Assembly: GCA_010405405.1 (NCBI GenBank)
Contig: MU004237.1
Span: 720,191 to 784,190, forward strand
Direction: 5' to 3'
From: Microthyrium microscopicum
Taxonomy: Eukaryota
DNA length: 64,000 nucleotides
Numbering within the stretch: position 1 is the stretch's first letter; every line of letters starts with the position of its first letter. The notes under the pieces were generated by a model that was given only the letters and a program-made list of their open reading frames with translations, ran no database searches and was not told where the DNA came from. Both the position numbers and the translations under genes were made by a program. Below, one piece after another: positions 62,061 to 64,000 of this stretch.

Positions 62061-62882
62061 CTACTGGGTCATTCTAAGCTTGAGCTTATCCTCCGAGACA
62101 ATTTCCTCCCTTCTGCTAAAAAGCCCTTCCAAGTCCCAGTTGACGCTCATATACCGTCCATTCAACCACTGCCTCTTCTCCGCAGCAAGCAGTGCCATAG
62201 CATCACCGGCCAACTCTGGCGAATCTATCAGCGACTCAGCAATAAATTCCGGAGCGTTGTCAGCCAATTCTGTCTTGACCCCTCCAGGATGCACACAATA
62301 GGCGGAAATTTCTTGTTCAGCATATTCAGCAGCTATGAATTCTGTAAATCGCATGACGGCGGTTTTGGAACCTTGGTAAGCAAATCCACCTAGCCCCACA
62401 AAAAGTGCTCCCACACTACTAATGTTTATGATCGTCTTGGGAGACTCGCTTGGAGCCGCAAGAATCAAAGGAATAAAGTAGTGTGATACAAGGAAGATCC
62501 CTTTGACATTGACCTCCCAGGATTTCCACCAATTTTTGGGATTGGCATCCGCAATGGATGACCATTCAGTCAAGAATCCGGCATTGTTGATCAGGACGTC
62601 GATGGTGCCAAACTTTTCTTTGACGGCTTTTGCTGCTGCAGCCACGCTTGAGTCGGATGTGACGTCTAATTGAAGCTTTAGGATCTTTGGTTTGGGTCCT
62701 GAAACTGCGGCTATAATGATATTGGCAGCGCCATTTTGAGCAAATGAGACTGCAGTAGATCTTCCAATGCCCCTTGAAGCTCCGGTAATTAGAACTGTAT
62801 GGCCAGAGTTTTTTGCATTTTGGACGAATGCATACGTATCATGGTAAACTGTTTTTGTGAAGTTACTGGCAGTTGGATCCAT
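62061..62882 (-). CDS. Short-chain dehydrogenase/reductase
   Basis: ITGASRGIG, NNAG, NISS, YQGSK, VHPGGV.T. Confidence 0.9.
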   Translation of the reverse strand: MDPTASNFTKTVYHDTYAFVQNAKNSGHTVLITGASRGIGRSTAVSFAQNGAANIIIAAVSGPKPKILKLQLDVTSDSSVAAAAKAVKEKFGTIDVLINNAGFLTEWSSIADANPKNWWKSWEVNVKGIFLVSHYFIPLILAAPSESPKTIINISSVGALFVGLGGFAYQGSKTAVMRFTEFIAAEYAEQEISAYCVHPGGVKTELADNAPEFIAESLIDSPELAGDAMALLAAEKRQWLNGRYMSVNWDLEGLFSRREEIVSEDKLKLRMTQ

Positions 62883-63304
62883 GGTTTTTGCGGGAAGTAA
62901 AGATTAGAATGTATGAAGAGATCAAGCTGTGCAGTATGTTCCTCTATTTCCGAGGTCACATAACACTGCGACAAGATCCCACTTTAAATTGCAAAGAATT
63001 AGTTATCTTAATCATAGATGAGGACAATGATACGGAATTAGGACGGAAGTAAACACATTATCAAACTATATGCCTAGTCCATTTCTAGCCTATCTCCGGT
63101 TCTAGCTACAGTAAGTGTTAAGAACCTTGCTCTGGCACTTTGACACTCTACTCTACCTACCTGCATTATGTCATGAGAATAACCGTGTTGAGAAACTTAA
63201 TTTCCAATTTCTCGTTGCTTCGAGTCAAGGTCTGACCAACCCAGCTCAGCAGCTACCGCGGAGTGTTAGTTATTGTGAACCTACCAGTCTGCTTCCGGGA
63301 TCTG

Positions 63305-64000
63305 TTACCTATGTTTGTAACTGCAGCTATAACCAGCGTATAATGAACTGCTTGAAGACCTTTGGCTCGCGGATTGGCTCGTAGCTATTCCTTGACTGGC
63401 TGTATTTGCGTCAAGAGTCTCTCCATGACCTTCCAGAGTCCCTCGAAGGCTAAGTATATCCCGTCCGCAGTCTGTCAGAGTCCCAGTATGGCTTACCACG
63501 ATCCTATTGGGCCGATTAGAGCATTTAATACAATGACATCCTTTGCGCCGAAGCACATTACAAGCGATTCGACAAGCCTGGTAGTCTCGAATAACCCAAC
63601 AAAACCCTATGATTTGCAACTCGTTACCATCGCGTCGAAGAACCATTGCCGCCGGGACGCCTGCAATTCAACTATAAGATCGCCGATCAACGAGGCCTAG
63701 GGTCCAAAGCCGAGATAATGGTACCCGTAAAAGAACTGCTGACCGTCTCTTGCAAAGATTGCCGCCTCCTTTATCCTGCCAGTAAACCGAGGTCAAAACC
63801 TTGTATATCTTCAGCACATCTCGATGGCTGCCGTCTAAGCAGCTAGAACAACTTTTGCGCTTAAGTGACATCGGAAGAGACCCAGGACAATCTTCAGGAG
63901 CTGATCAAGGATGAACGGCCATCCTAGGGAAAACTTGAAAGGGATTTTCTGGTTTCTTTTTCCACTGGATGGCTTACATTCATACCACGATCAAGATAAA
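63305..64000 (-). pseudogene. Disrupted 3' end of a HET-domain (Het-6-like) gene
   Basis: QFFYGYHYLGFGP*ASLIGDLIV, a frameshift, then IAGVPAAMVLRRDGNELQIIGFCWV. In-frame TAG at 63697-63699. Confidence 0.6.

Overview
Gene-dense, intron-containing DNA from a filamentous ascomycete (GT..CTAAC..AG introns; a Dothideomycete origin is my impression, not shown). I assembled about 28 spliced genes by hand. Most are conserved housekeeping genes: CYP505 3' end, ARF1, MOB2, LEO1, CLF1, glyoxylate reductase, Zn2Cys6 TF, TBC RabGAP, SprT/Spartan, thioesterase, XAP5, HEI10, PET8 carrier, GT69, cutinase, PRP40, BCAA aminotransferase, JmjC, cyclin C and an SDR. I recognised no rRNA, tRNA, CRISPR array or intact transposon, and I cannot demonstrate a novel multi-gene system. 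The best leads are: an intact 5-exon orphan gene hidden from the ORF track (3284-4594); a 1421-aa orphan with two stacked tandem-repeat families and a coiled coil; two hairpin-rich non-coding segments; a GAG splice acceptor in cyclin C plus many AAG acceptors; a recurrent C-rich to G-rich switch inside genes; a secreted Cys-containing effector candidate; and a HET-like pseudogene at the right edge. All product calls are from motif recognition, without database searches.
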